Shown piece after piece: positions 52,527 to 64,000 of a DNA stretch of 64,000 nucleotides. The notes beneath the pieces are model-generated. The model worked only from the letters and a program-made list of their open reading frames with translations, was not told the DNA's origin and did not search any database. The stretch is from contig JBLDXI010000026.1 of assembly GCA_047495785.1 (NCBI GenBank), positions 496,001 to 560,000 of the forward strand. Direction: 5' to 3'. Numbering within the stretch: the stretch's first letter is position 1; every line of letters begins with the position of its first letter. The DNA is from Lepidodermella squamata. Lineage: Eukaryota; Animalia; Gastrotricha. The position numbers and the translations under genes are program-made.

Positions 52527-53024
52527 GAATCTATCTTTGAGTGCGATCATCAGTTGCTCATCGGCGAAATTCAAATTGAACCACACGGGAAACCCTTTGT
52601 AAACTTCGACTACAGTCGCGGGAAAGAGAAATTAGAAGAACAATTTCAGCTGTAATATAGCCAAATCTCAATTGATTTATCAGTCAGGTCCTCACACGGG
52701 AATTCAACTACGATTTTAAATAAATAACTAATCCGCGATTGCAATACCTTGATAATGATTTCATTTTATCGGGCCCAATCGCTTCTCAAATTCGAAGGAT
52801 AAACAACACGTCCGTTATAAGCTGTTAAAGCTCATAATCTGGGGGCGCTCATTCCTTTCATGTGTGTAGAATAACAGTGAATTCACGCTGATAAATCAAT
52901 GCAGATTTTATGAACTTATGTACGTGAGGCTATCCCTCGCACCCGCTCACATTCGCGAACGCAGTAGAACTATTCATCTGACTGTTATTCATTTGCAAAA
53001 AGGTCTGCCTTTTGATTTTGCATT

Positions 53025-54338
53025 ATGACTAAATGCCCTGTCTGCGATTGCTTCGTAGCGCCGCGTGAGAAATATCAACCGCGAACCTGCGATGCCTGCC
53101 AGAAATTCTTTCGCCGTAATGGCCAACGTTACAGCAAGCTAAAATGTTGCCATGACCCTCGATCGGCAAACCAATCGGTTTCTTCTATCTATTTCGCGCG
53201 AAAAATGTGCCCTAAATGCCGATTCGATCGCTGTTTGGCGACAGGAATGCAGAGTTTGTTATGCATATCATTATACTTTCATGAAACATAGGTAATTTCA
53301 ACCAGGCAAATTTCTATGCGAAGATGCGAAGATTGCCCGCATGAAACAAGATCTACCCAAACCCGATCCTACTCTGAGTAAGACTCCCGAGATGGTCATT
53401 GATGATTCGAATTCTAAAATTGCGATGCTATCGATTCGAGCTTTCACATTTCTTCATGGTCTTGAATTCGTAAGAAGCTTAAACAATATCTTTGAATTAA
53501 TTTGACATCTGAGTTCGCCAAAGGCTCCTGTTAAGAATTTCTCGATACTTGATTCGAAACAGTTACGTGAGAGACTAGTCCAACAAGCTGCTTATGCCGC
53601 CGATCTTTTAAACACTTACGGCTTCTGCTTTCTCGGTGAGTCTCATCAGGGGTAAAGATTGTATGGCAATTTTGTCTTCCATTACAGATCTCGCTCCGGA
53701 ACTTACTGAAGAAGATTTCCTCGACTTGCGAGCTTCGTCAACAATTCACATGACTGCAATTTATCACAATTTGCCTAGTTCAGCGAACCCTTCTTGGCTC
53801 GGAACGCCGGATGAAGTATTGCCTCTATTGGGCCACACCTTTCCGCAACTAATGGCGGTATAATTATTTTTCTAACTAAGGGAATATCGACAAACGTTTT
53901 CGTAGAAAGGATTGCCGAAAATCAATCGTTTGAAGCAGCAACTCGACGCTTTTAACCCGACTTTCTTAGAGGCTGCGCTCTTGCTGAGCATTTCAATTTT
54001 TCACGGTACGGCCCTGTAAAGCTGATGCGGATGATGATCAGGTTTTTTTCCTAGATATTTCTGGTAGAAATTCCCGTGTCGTGCAACTGCAACGGCAATG
54101 TTTTGCTGCTCTGCGCACTGAGATGCTAAATGCTGCTAGCGGGGATAAATCATTGGTTAAGGCTAGACTGCTAATGTTTCGCAAGTGTTTTGAAGCCGCC
54201 ATCGATGTTCAAAAACATACGCTGAGTGAAGTGGCTGCCACGAAGGATTCGTCGCCTATGTTCAAGATTTTCACCAAGATTATTAATTTCGCTGAATCTG
54301 GACCACCATTGGTAGGGGTGGGTGAACCCATTGTGTAA
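53025..54338 (+). CDS. Divergent nuclear hormone receptor (subfamily B), multi-exon
   Basis: CPVC..CDACQKFFRR..CPKCRFDRCLATGM. Downstream exons RAFTFLHGLEF, YHNLPSSANPSWLG, FNPTFLEAA. Confidence 0.85.
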
Positions 54339-54895
54339 AAATATCAATTCGAAAAATCTCCATAAAAATGATGACACCAACTATTGCACCCTCTTATTCA
54401 CGAAAATGAAACATGGAGATAGAACCTATGCCAACGGATTGATGATTTCGAAAACGTTTTCATATCAATATAGTTTTTATAGATTCGGATTCAGCCGAAA
54501 ACACCCAAGACTGTTTAACTCAATATCGATTAAAACTTGTTGAAAAATTGAGATAGAACTTGTTCTCGAAGTGTTGATAGTATGTTGTCCATCTTGAAGC
54601 TTTCGAAAGCTGCTATAATTACAAACATGCTGTTAGCATCCCCTCCGAGGTAATGTCTCTCTGAAATTTGACCAACAAACCTCATTTTTGCAAAGACATG
54701 TTGCAATCGTAATGGCAGGGCGGTCAATAAAGTATTTTAAGGACTGTTTATCATCCTCGTTTTTTTCATACGTCTGTGGATCAATAATCTGCCACCGCAT
54801 GCCTGCGAAAACGGAGGAATATAATTTCGTATATAAAGCTGTTTGGCGAATGAACTCGCTCACAAGTTATTTTGTTCTCGAATCTTGGACGATTA

Positions 54896-56279
54896 ATGCC
54901 TAAACCGCTCCGTTCTGCTGAAACGGTTGGCGGTGTTGTGAAATGTCGCGTTTGCGATCTGGTTGTATCGCGTCGTCCCAAGTACCAACCTTCCTGCTGC
55001 GAAGCGTGTCAGAAATTCTTCAGGCGGAACTGCCATAGAGCCAGTGAGCTGAGGTGCAAGCATACCAAAGGGAAGCAAAGCCCAGACCTCGCCAGATATC
55101 CTGTCTATGTAACCCGTGGTATGTGCTCCAAATGTCGATTCGACAAATGTATTGCAGCTGGAATGACAAGTGAGGATACGGCAGATGATTTCACTTGATG
55201 TGAATCATGCATTGTGCATTTTCTAGGCAAGTTTCTGACCCAGATGGTTGGCGGATCGAGATCGGGGTCTATATGTGAAAATAAAGAAGAGACCGCACCG
55301 TCCGAAGTCAGAGTCATTTCCCTGCCACTCACACCAGAATCATTGTTCGACAATCCAACGGAAAATCTGGTTCGAACTTCTATTCACGCTTTCACCGTTC
55401 TTCATGATCTTGAATTCGTGAGCTTGGAGCAACTAATGAAAGGTTCACTGTTTTCACTTGAAGCCTGAATTTTAGGGTCCACTGAAAGATAGGTCCGATG
55501 CCGCTGAACAGCTCGATTTACGTTCTCGCATTGTTCAACGAATGATCTACAACGTTGAACATGTGAAAGCATACCAATTTCAGTTTTTAGGTGAGAAATA
55601 TCCTTGTCAGTTGTCAGTAATAATGCTGAAACAATTTTCCGTTACCAGAGGCTTGGGAGGACATCAGCATTGATGACGTTGAGCCGGGACGAGGGTTTGC
55701 CTCTGGAAAAATGAGTTCCGTTTATCACAACCTGTCAGGTGATTCGAAGCCATCCTGGTACGGAATGGATGATAACGTAAAGGAGTTAATTTATCAGGAA
55801 TTTCCCTACTTAACGGTAAAACAATGCTTTGAAGTTTCCATTTTACTATGAAATCAATTCCAGAAGCTGGAGAAAGAGTTTTATCTGCTGAAGAGACTGC
55901 TGAGCAAGCTTGCGCCTACTTTCATCGAAGCTGCATTAGTTCTAAGCATATCGATATTTCACGGTAACATGGAACATTGGGTTTTTAGGATTTTGTAATT
56001 GCGAACATTCCAGATGAGACGGGCAAAAATCGACGAATCCAACGCTTGCAAAAACAGCTGATTGATGCTCTGCGGGGAGTAATAAGCGACAGGTACGGTG
56101 ATAGCCCTGATGTTTTGAATAGCCGCATGCAGCTTCTTGGCCAAAGCGTTACGACTACTGTTCGGCTGCAAAAGCTAGCACTAACTTTCTTTGAACATGA
56201 AGCCCACGACTTGGAGTTTTGCAGTTCAGCTGCTCTGGCTCTCAATATGCAGCGAGATTTGACAATGAATAATGATTGA
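54896..56279 (+). CDS. Divergent nuclear hormone receptor (subfamily A), paralog of 48536 gene
   Basis: MPKPLRS..CRVC..CEACQKFFRR..CSKCRFDKCIAAGM with the same exon layout. Confidence 0.85.
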
Positions 56280-57522
56280 AGATGTTTTGAGACAACAAAA
56301 TAACATTTCCAATTTACGGTTTTTCAAGTGAAGTTGCTGACCCTCATAAAATTACATGACGTTTCCTGATAATTTAAAAAAATAAAACTAGTTTCCTGAA
56401 AAATATTTTCTAGAATCATTCTTGGTTGTTTCCTTATTGAAATTTATCTCACTATATTCTGGTTCAACCCTATTGTTTGAAGTTCGACGAAAGACCTAAG
56501 CAACAAGCAACGTTCGTTAGGTTCTTCAAAGCAGACATCTGAAAGCTTGTATCCAGTCGTCATGTTATTTTTTCACCGCACAATCGATAATCAACCCAAT
56601 CTGCGGGTTTTTACTAAGAAATAGATCTAGAACTAGAACTTTTTTTAATAAATGCAGATCCGGACAATTTTCTCAAATCGGACTTTTTCAAACAGGGGGC
56701 TTTGAGCTGTTTTTGTCGGATTGTTTGGCAACAAAGTAGATGTGCTTGGTGTGCCCTGGATCAGTCGAGCTGCAGGGTTTAGGGTTTCCAGTTTCACGAA
56801 ACGCACCGCACAATCTGCTAATTTTTAAATCAGCTGCTGGCTCAATTTCCAGTATCAAAATTCACTCGCCATGGTGTCTGCTACATGTTTATGTCTTATG
56901 CGATGATCAAATATCTGTGTCTTATCGAAGATATATTAATTAACAAATGCAGTTTTCCCGTGCCAATTTTGTGACGCTTACTTTTGTATCCTCCTTTATG
57001 TCCTTTATGGGCCTAACATGTTATAGCTATGTGATATTACTTCATTTTCAGCTATGTCTGGGTTTAAGGTTTCTTGCGTGGCGATGAGAAGGGGCGGAAC
57101 GGCAGAACAAAAGTAGACATTTCCAGCCTCTAAAATATCCGTTCGACTTTGTTTTTGAGAGGTACTAAAAACGAGGACCACAGGGCCGCAGTTTCCCAAA
57201 CGCTAGCTAGCGGTGTTTATGAAAGGGCCGGTACCACACTATCCTACAACTTGAATTGATTAATTTCATAGGTTAAATGTTAAATCGTCCGCAACGCTGA
57301 AAAATAATCTCGAAAAGCTAGCGTGAGTACTTGGATTAGCAGCCGTAGTACTCATGCCATTTACCCTAACTGTAGCACCCCTGAAACCATTGTTAATGAC
57401 ACCAGCAGTTACCGCTTCATATCTGTTCATGTATTAAACAGCTGATTTTATTGAGGGATAGAACTCACACGTTTGTTTTTCAGAACAGAGATTGGGTCGG
57501 ATATGGTAACGGGCCCGCATTC

Positions 57523-58872
57523 TCATGGGAAACATTCGCTTTTTATCATGTCGCCTGCTATTGCAGGAGATTCAGCTAAATTAATTGTTTTGGTGAAAGT
57601 TTTGAACATATGTGACGGATCATCATTGATAGCTATTTCACTCAGCGAAATTCTTTGAGCGTCCAATGCGGCACCAATGCACGCGCGGAATTTCAGCAGT
57701 CTAGCGTTAACAATAGATTTATCCCCACTTGAGGCTAACAGCATTTCAGACTGCAAAGCAGATAACAATCGTCGTTGAAATTGCATGACACGGGGATTTT
57801 TACCAGAAATATCTATAAAGAAAATCCTATTATTCGAGATTGTGTTCCAAAGGATCCCTACCATAAAAAATTAAAACACTCAGCAGGAACGCAGCCTCCA
57901 GGAAAGACGGACTGAAATCTTCGAGTTGTTGCTTCAGATGGTTGATTTTGGGCATCATCCTCTGCGCAACACGTTAATCAGTATTATTGCTGTAAAAACC
58001 CAATTTTTACCGTCATTAGCCGCGGAAATGTGTCGTACATTAGAGGCATGGCCTTATCCGGCATTCCCAGCCACGAAGGGTTAGCTGAACTTGGCAAATT
58101 GTGATAAACTGCTGCCATGTGAATTATTGACGAAGCTCGCAACTCGCGAAAGTCTTGCTCTGTAAGTTCCGGAGTAAGATCTGCAAAATGGAATAACAAA
58201 AAGGTCACCTATACTCTTTGCTACGCTTTGACTCACCTAGGTAGCAAAAGCCATAAGCGTTCAAGAGATTAGCGTTATGAACACCTTGATAGAATAATCT
58301 TTCTTTCAGCTGTATCGAATTCTGTATTGGGGACTCTTTAAAAGGAGCCTTAAGAGAATTCAATTTTATAGAATATTAAAACATAAATGCACGCTTATTA
58401 CGAATTCAAGGCCGTGGAGAACAGTGAAAGCCCGAAGCGATCGCATCGAAATTATTGAATTCGGTTCTTCAATAACCAACTCTGGAGTCTTACTCAGAAT
58501 TAGAGGCGATTCAGGCTCGTATTTGAGGAAATCTGTGACTTGTATGATGCGTGGAACTTTAGCTTCTTCACATAAATATTTGCCTGCGGGAAAATCAATT
58601 TGTTATTTCAAGTTTGAATGAATAATAAAATTTCGTAGCAAACTTTGCATTCCTGTTGCCAGACAGCGGTGGAAGCGGCATTTCGCACACATTTTACGCG
58701 CGACGTAGATAGTTGCAACGGATTGGTGGGCTGATCGAGCGTGATGGCGACATTTCAGCAAGCTGTAACGTTGGCAATTTCGTCGGAAAAATTTCTGGCA
58801 GGCCTCGCAGGTTCTCGGTTGATACTTTTCACGCGGTACCACGAAGCAATCGCACACAGAGCATTTAGTCAT
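57523..58872 (-). CDS. Divergent nuclear hormone receptor (subfamily B)
   Basis: CSVC..CEACQKFFRR..CAKCRFHRCLATGM plus LBD exons homologous to the 53025 gene. Confidence 0.85.
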
Positions 58873-60474
58873 GGTTTATTATCAATATGAAAATATTGAC
58901 AGATAGAGCCAAGATATGTGAAAATATAACTTTGCTCGCTCGCGAACGTGTGAGAGACGCGTAGTCTAATGTCGGAGTTCTCACAAAGTTTATCGATTTA
59001 TAAGCGTTCGGCATATTTTTTTCTAGACTTTATTGTAGGAGAATAATTTGAGCTTTTGACAGCTCAGTACGTTGGAGGAGCGGACTACAAAATCGATTGA
59101 AGTTTATTTGCGATTGAGTTACTACGCTGAATGTTGCGAATAATCACGGCTAGCTGTTGCTGCGGGTAATGGCGGTACTTGTTACTTCGAATACTACTTG
59201 TTCGAATACTTGTTACTTGAATGAAGGTTATATGCCTATAAACGTGCTACACGGCTCAAATAGAGCGCATTTCTGCATTGGCCGATTCGAACTGGTCCTC
59301 CAAAGACATTTGATAGCGAGATCAATGTTTACTCTTGTCCCGCTTCTTTTCGGAAAGCCAAGATACCGTCGTTTCCGAAATACAAGCTCAGGCGGCACTA
59401 AGAAGAACATCAAAGTGCCGACAAAGAAGTGCCGCCTCGGCTTGTATGTTGGAAAATACGGTATATCAAAGTGCTTAGAAAACCTTCCTCAGTGACATCA
59501 TAGCCATAGGCCATTTTTGACGGATTTTGATATTTCTTGAGGCGATGATAGCAACGAGTTATATAAAGGCAGGCTGCAAAGACGTGAGCAAGGACTTTCA
59601 TCTCCGCGAAGCATGGGCGTCACTGATTTCCTCTCTGACTGTAAACTGCAACCCCTCTAACCGGAAAAGTGTTTGTGGGTCAAGTCTTTATTCAATGAAA
59701 TAATAGGTTAAGGCGTGAAGAAAACAATTGTAATCAATCACATTAAATGTAACATTAAATTCACGTGTTAGGATGAATTAATTTTCCTGAAATTAAAAAA
59801 TAACTAATCTGCAGATTTCCGTGCAACAGAAGGCGATTATCGGAAATATATTTCGGCTAGCGAAGACATAAGAACTAATAGTTCCATGTTTTTTCAGGGC
59901 TGCCGTCTCATCTTCCGAAATTTCGAAAGGAACAGAAAGATGTGCACGTTCAATGCAGTAAATTAACAGAAAAGTGTGTTTTGCCTTGTCTCGTGGTTGA
60001 AAGGGTCCCCGTAAGCTAAGTTCCTAGGGGCCCTTAAATGCTTGAAACGGCCCTGCAACCATCATGCCAAAGTTGCAGATCAAGAGGCATGATGATAGTT
60101 TGACATTCATCATCGGCAAAATGACAAAAAGAGGCAGCGACAACAAGGCAGAGGTTTTGCTGATCTTAATACTCTCTTTTATCTATTTAACTAATGTCGA
60201 ACCCTGATGACTGTCGATGGTACTCGTTGTACCGAAATTTCATGATTAAAAGTGTACAATTTACTCACGTTAGTCACAGCTCAGCTATTTAGTCCTCTAT
60301 AACACGTATAGCTGCATATCGCATTGATAATAATATGATCCAAGTATGTAGCAGCAAATTTAGCCTATCCTATAATCAAAGTAATACTGACTGATGGAGG
60401 TGACACGAATAAATTCAAGTGCTGACGATGATCTGCAAACGATCCAGAAACGCATGCTAACAGCCGAATTTAGT

Positions 60475-61804
60475 TCATTCTGCCAACGGCGAGGACTGAA
60501 ACTCAGCTATATTAAGAATCTCGGTGAAAATCTTGAACCGAGGTGACGGATCTGCCAAAGCTATCAGCTTCATTTCATGCAACAAACATTTTTGAACATC
60601 GAAAGCAGCTTGAACACACTTGTGAAACATCAGCAACCTAGCCTCCAACAATGATTTATCCCCACTCGCAGCATGCAGCATTTCAGCGCGAACAGCAGAC
60701 AACAACTGCCGTTGAAGTTTCATGACAAGAGCATTCTTACTGGAAATATCTATAGCAAACCTTATAATCCGCGTCGGTATTAGTGCGGTTTTTTCTTACC
60801 GTGAAAGATTAAAACACTCAGCATGATCGAAGCTTCCAGGAAAGTCGGGTTGAAATTGTCGAGTTGCTCCTTCAAATTAATGATATTCGGCATTGCTTTC
60901 TGTTTGGACAATAATTAAATTAGGAATATTCTTCTATCGCTCAAAAGCATTTTACCGCCACCAGCTGAGGAAATGTGCGCTCGATTAGAGGCATGACTTC
61001 ATTTGGTATTCCGAGCAATGAAGGGCTAGCTGAACTGGGCAAATTGTGATAGACTGCTGTCATGTGCATTATCGACGAAGCTCGAAGATCGCGGAACTCT
61101 TGTCCTGTAAGTTCCGGAGCAAGATCTGTAATGAAAAACAAGAATAACTTCTTCTGTGTATACTCCGCTCGACCCACCTCGAAAGCAGATGCCGTAAGAG
61201 TTGAAAAGATCAGCGGTATAAGAACTTTGTTGGACTAGTCTCTCTCGTAACTGCATCGAATCAAGTATCGAGCCATTCTTCACAGGTGCCTTTTGGCGAA
61301 CTCAGATGGTAAATAAATTCAGAGATAGGAAGCAACGCCCTTACGAATTCAAGACCATGGAGAACGGTGAAAGCTCGAAGTGACCTCATCGCATATTTGC
61401 TAGATCCATCAATAACCACGCCAGGAGTTAGGCCCAGAATTTGTGGCGGTTTAGGTTTGGATAGAGCCTTTGCCTGCTGAGATCGAGCGAGTTTCGCATC
61501 ATCACATAAGAACTTGCCTGTTAAAACATTTAATAAATTGTGTTTTTAAGAATAATAAACATTCAATAAACAAACTCTGCATTCCTGTTGCCAAACAGCG
61601 GTCGAATCGGCATTTTCCACACATTTTACGCGCAACGTATATGACAGCAACCGATTGGTACGCTGATCTAGTGTGATGGCGACATTTCAGCTTACTGTAG
61701 CGTTGGCAATTTCGTCGGAAAAACTTCTGACAAGCATCGCATGTTCGCGTTTGATATTTCTCACGCGGCACTACGAAGCAATCACAGACAAGGCATTTAA
61801 CCAT
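60475..61804 (-). CDS. Divergent nuclear hormone receptor (subfamily B)
   Basis: CLVC..CDACQKFFRR..CGKCRFDRCLATGM plus LBD exons. Frame continuity of every exon was not verified. Confidence 0.83.
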
Positions 61805-62164
61805 AGATTTTAATCTGAAATAATGAGTGTTATAACTTGCTCAAAAGTATTCTATTAGCTCTAACCCGCTTTCGAGCGTACATGAAGGATGTAAGGTGCA
61901 TATTAGTCTCACGTCCGTAAGTTCGCAAGATTTATTGATTTATTCGTACTGCTGTATTCTAGACTCTTAAGTAGAACACAGTCCCAACATTAAGAGCTTT
62001 GACAGGTTATGGCATTTGTTATATGCGTCATGGCTGACCAAAAACCTGAGTGTGAGCATGAGGCGTGCTTTTTATTTTCGTATGTTTACTTTTACGCTTT
62101 TCAATCAGGGAAAGTCAGGGAACATTGGTATTCTAGTGGTCAGCGTCAGCAGCACGTATCATAC

Positions 62165-62268
62165 AGTGAAAAGTAACGGGCAGTGAGAGTGCAGCCTCCC
62201 CCAAGAAAGTCGCGTTGAAAGCGTTCATGCAGTTGCTGCTTCAAATGATTAATTTTCGGCATCCCTTC
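62165..62268 (-). pseudogene. Eroded nuclear receptor exon 5 remnant
   Basis: GMPKINHLKQQL followed by frameshifted FN.TFL.EAAL-like sequence. Confidence 0.6.
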
Positions 62269-62932
62269 GTCCACCGTTATTTCATACTCATTAATGGATG
62301 TCCGCAAATTATGAACATTGCCAGCTTATAACGTACGTTTCATACGTCAAGCCGACGTGTGCTATGGAAGGGTTTGCGCCCAATAAAATGAAATTATTTA
62401 GTCATTTCTGATTTGTTGTTTTTGGTTCAAGTAGAAGTGTACTTGTAGCGGAAAAGACATTAGACGGAAATGATCATGGCGGAATTCGGTCACTTTTCGG
62501 GGGTTCGAAAATCCAATGTTTTCGGCTTGACCCCACGGCCGCATCCTTGATCAAATTATCGGGTTTCGGATGCATTTTTTGGTTTACATGATTTATTCCT
62601 AAACCACCCAGCCGTCATACCGGGTGAGAAACCGTGTTCGCGCTTCGTATTAAGAAATAGGGAAATTTCGTAGGCTGCTTTGAAATAATTTGAAAATAAC
62701 TTAGAACCCCCAAAAAGTGACAAAATCGTTCATTTCCCAGCTGATTCCTTTGAACTGGTTGAAGTTGAAACCGATCCCCATAGATTAAACTAAAAAAATC
62801 GAAATTCCATGACGAGGGATAATGGTTATAGCGCGAGGAACACATGTAAACATGTATGCGCGAGTTTCAAAAAGATCCGCCATAATAAAATTTTACGAAA
62901 ATCGGCAAAAGAATTAAGCAATCTTGGATGGG

Positions 62933-63041
62933 TCAGAATACAGAAACACTTTTCTTGTACGAATGACTGTATGAATCGAGGTTCCGCAGGAACCGAAGAT
63001 GAATACAGTCATGAGTACAAGAAAAGTGTTTCTGTATTCTG
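62933..63041. repeat. Near-perfect 109-bp palindrome
   Basis: tcagaatacagaaacacttttcttgtac...gtacaagaaaagtgtttctgtattctga. Related arms recur at ~63175-63220. Confidence 0.85.
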
Positions 63042-63384
63042 AGTAAATCCGAGATTGCTTTTCTCCTCTGTATCTGCCAAAAACTCGGAGAAACGTAGCT
63101 AGAAAGTGCGGGAAAAAGTGATCTTGTACGCCATTTATATAGGAAAATGCGATAATAAAAAGTCCATCTTAATAAAAGTGTTTCTGTATTGTACAGGAAT
63201 ACAGAAACACTATTTCTGTATCGTTTTTTAGCCTCAATCATAGGAGAATTAAATCTTCAAGCTTCCAATAGGAGCTTGATCATAGAGAACAGAAGTACTT
63301 CTGTTCTCTATGGAGCTTGATCTCTGGCATAGAGAAAGAAGTTCTCTATGATCTCTGGTAACTCCAATCTCTATGGTTCTGGGT

Positions 63385-63760
63385 AAACTTTCGTTGTGCG
63401 TTGTGTACAAATTTCAGTGTGACCAGTGCGACGCTGGTTATATCGGCATGACCACCCGCCATCTGCATCAACGTGTTGAGGAGCACTACCATAGAGCTAG
63501 TTTTAAGATAGAGGTCCTACTCCTGACTCTTAAAACTAGCTCTATGGAGCCTGCTGATCAAAAAGACCAAACTAAAAATCAGCCTCAATGTGCAGTCGGA
63601 CTCCGTCAAATTAAAATTATTTTAATTCTTGTTTTGTTGTGATTTTGATTTTGTTGTTTTTCTTCTATACTTCTAGTCTGATGATGGTACGAGAGCGTAC
63701 CGAAACGTCACGCCTTAACAATGGAATTTCATCGCTATACTCAATTCGTATTTTACTGAG
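63385..63760 (+). mobile_element. Penelope-like element remnant (GIY-YIG endonuclease and 3' region)
   Basis: VVYKFQCDQCDAGYIGMTTRHLHQRVEEH is the Penelope-type GIY-YIG with a CxxC insert. It is followed by a T-rich tract and a hammerhead core. Confidence 0.8.
63676..63712 (+). ncRNA. Minimal type I hammerhead ribozyme motif
   Basis: CTGATGA-t-ggtacg-agag-cgtacc-GAAA-cg-TC. Stem II is perfect and stem I is weak. Confidence 0.7.
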
Positions 63761-64000
63761 AATTTACCCTACGAGGGTGCTTTTTTCAACATTGCGCTCA
63801 TTACACACTTATATTGTCACACATATTGTCCATTGTATCAAAAATGTGCGATTTGAGTCTTTCAAAAGCTGCTATAACAGAAAATGCTGTTAGGATCCCC
63901 TCAGAATCCCAGGCAATGTACATAGGCAAGTCTCTCCGAATTTAACCGACAAATCTCAGTTCTGCAAAATAATATGTGGTAATCATAGTGAATGCGATGA

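Noticed and set aside
59157-59601. Possible coding or transposase fragment between receptor genes
   Set aside because: No motif I can identify in any frame.
1-64000. Prokaryotic systems (CRISPR, operons, defence islands)
   Set aside because: Spliceosomal introns and metazoan gene families occur throughout, and there is no repeat-spacer array.

Overview
This is eukaryotic (invertebrate-type animal) genomic DNA with very short (~50 bp) GT-AG introns, so most six-frame ORFs are exon fragments. From left to right it holds: (1) the 5' part of a multi-TM gene running off the left edge; (2) an intact, apparently secreted neprilysin (M13 peptidase); (3) a ~20 kb tandem array of ten genes for an unrecognised family of small secreted precursors that share a C-terminal C-X9-C...FY/FIWA(Q/R)..A...MM domain, with a peptide-type rhodopsin GPCR embedded in it and MITE, SINE and LINE insertions; (4) a discoidin domain receptor with a degenerate kinase and ~11 kb of non-coding upstream DNA; (5) an intronless LRAT/PLAAT-like + AIG1-like GTPase fusion gene; (6) an SLC18B1-like MFS transporter; (7) a cluster of five full-span plus rearranged or remnant divergent nuclear receptors with an atypical second zinc finger, including an ~830 bp near-perfect inverted repeat; and (8) a Penelope-like remnant with a hammerhead motif. 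The best candidate novel system is the physically linked peptide-precursor array + GPCR + neprilysin. All calls come from reading motifs by eye, with no database searches.
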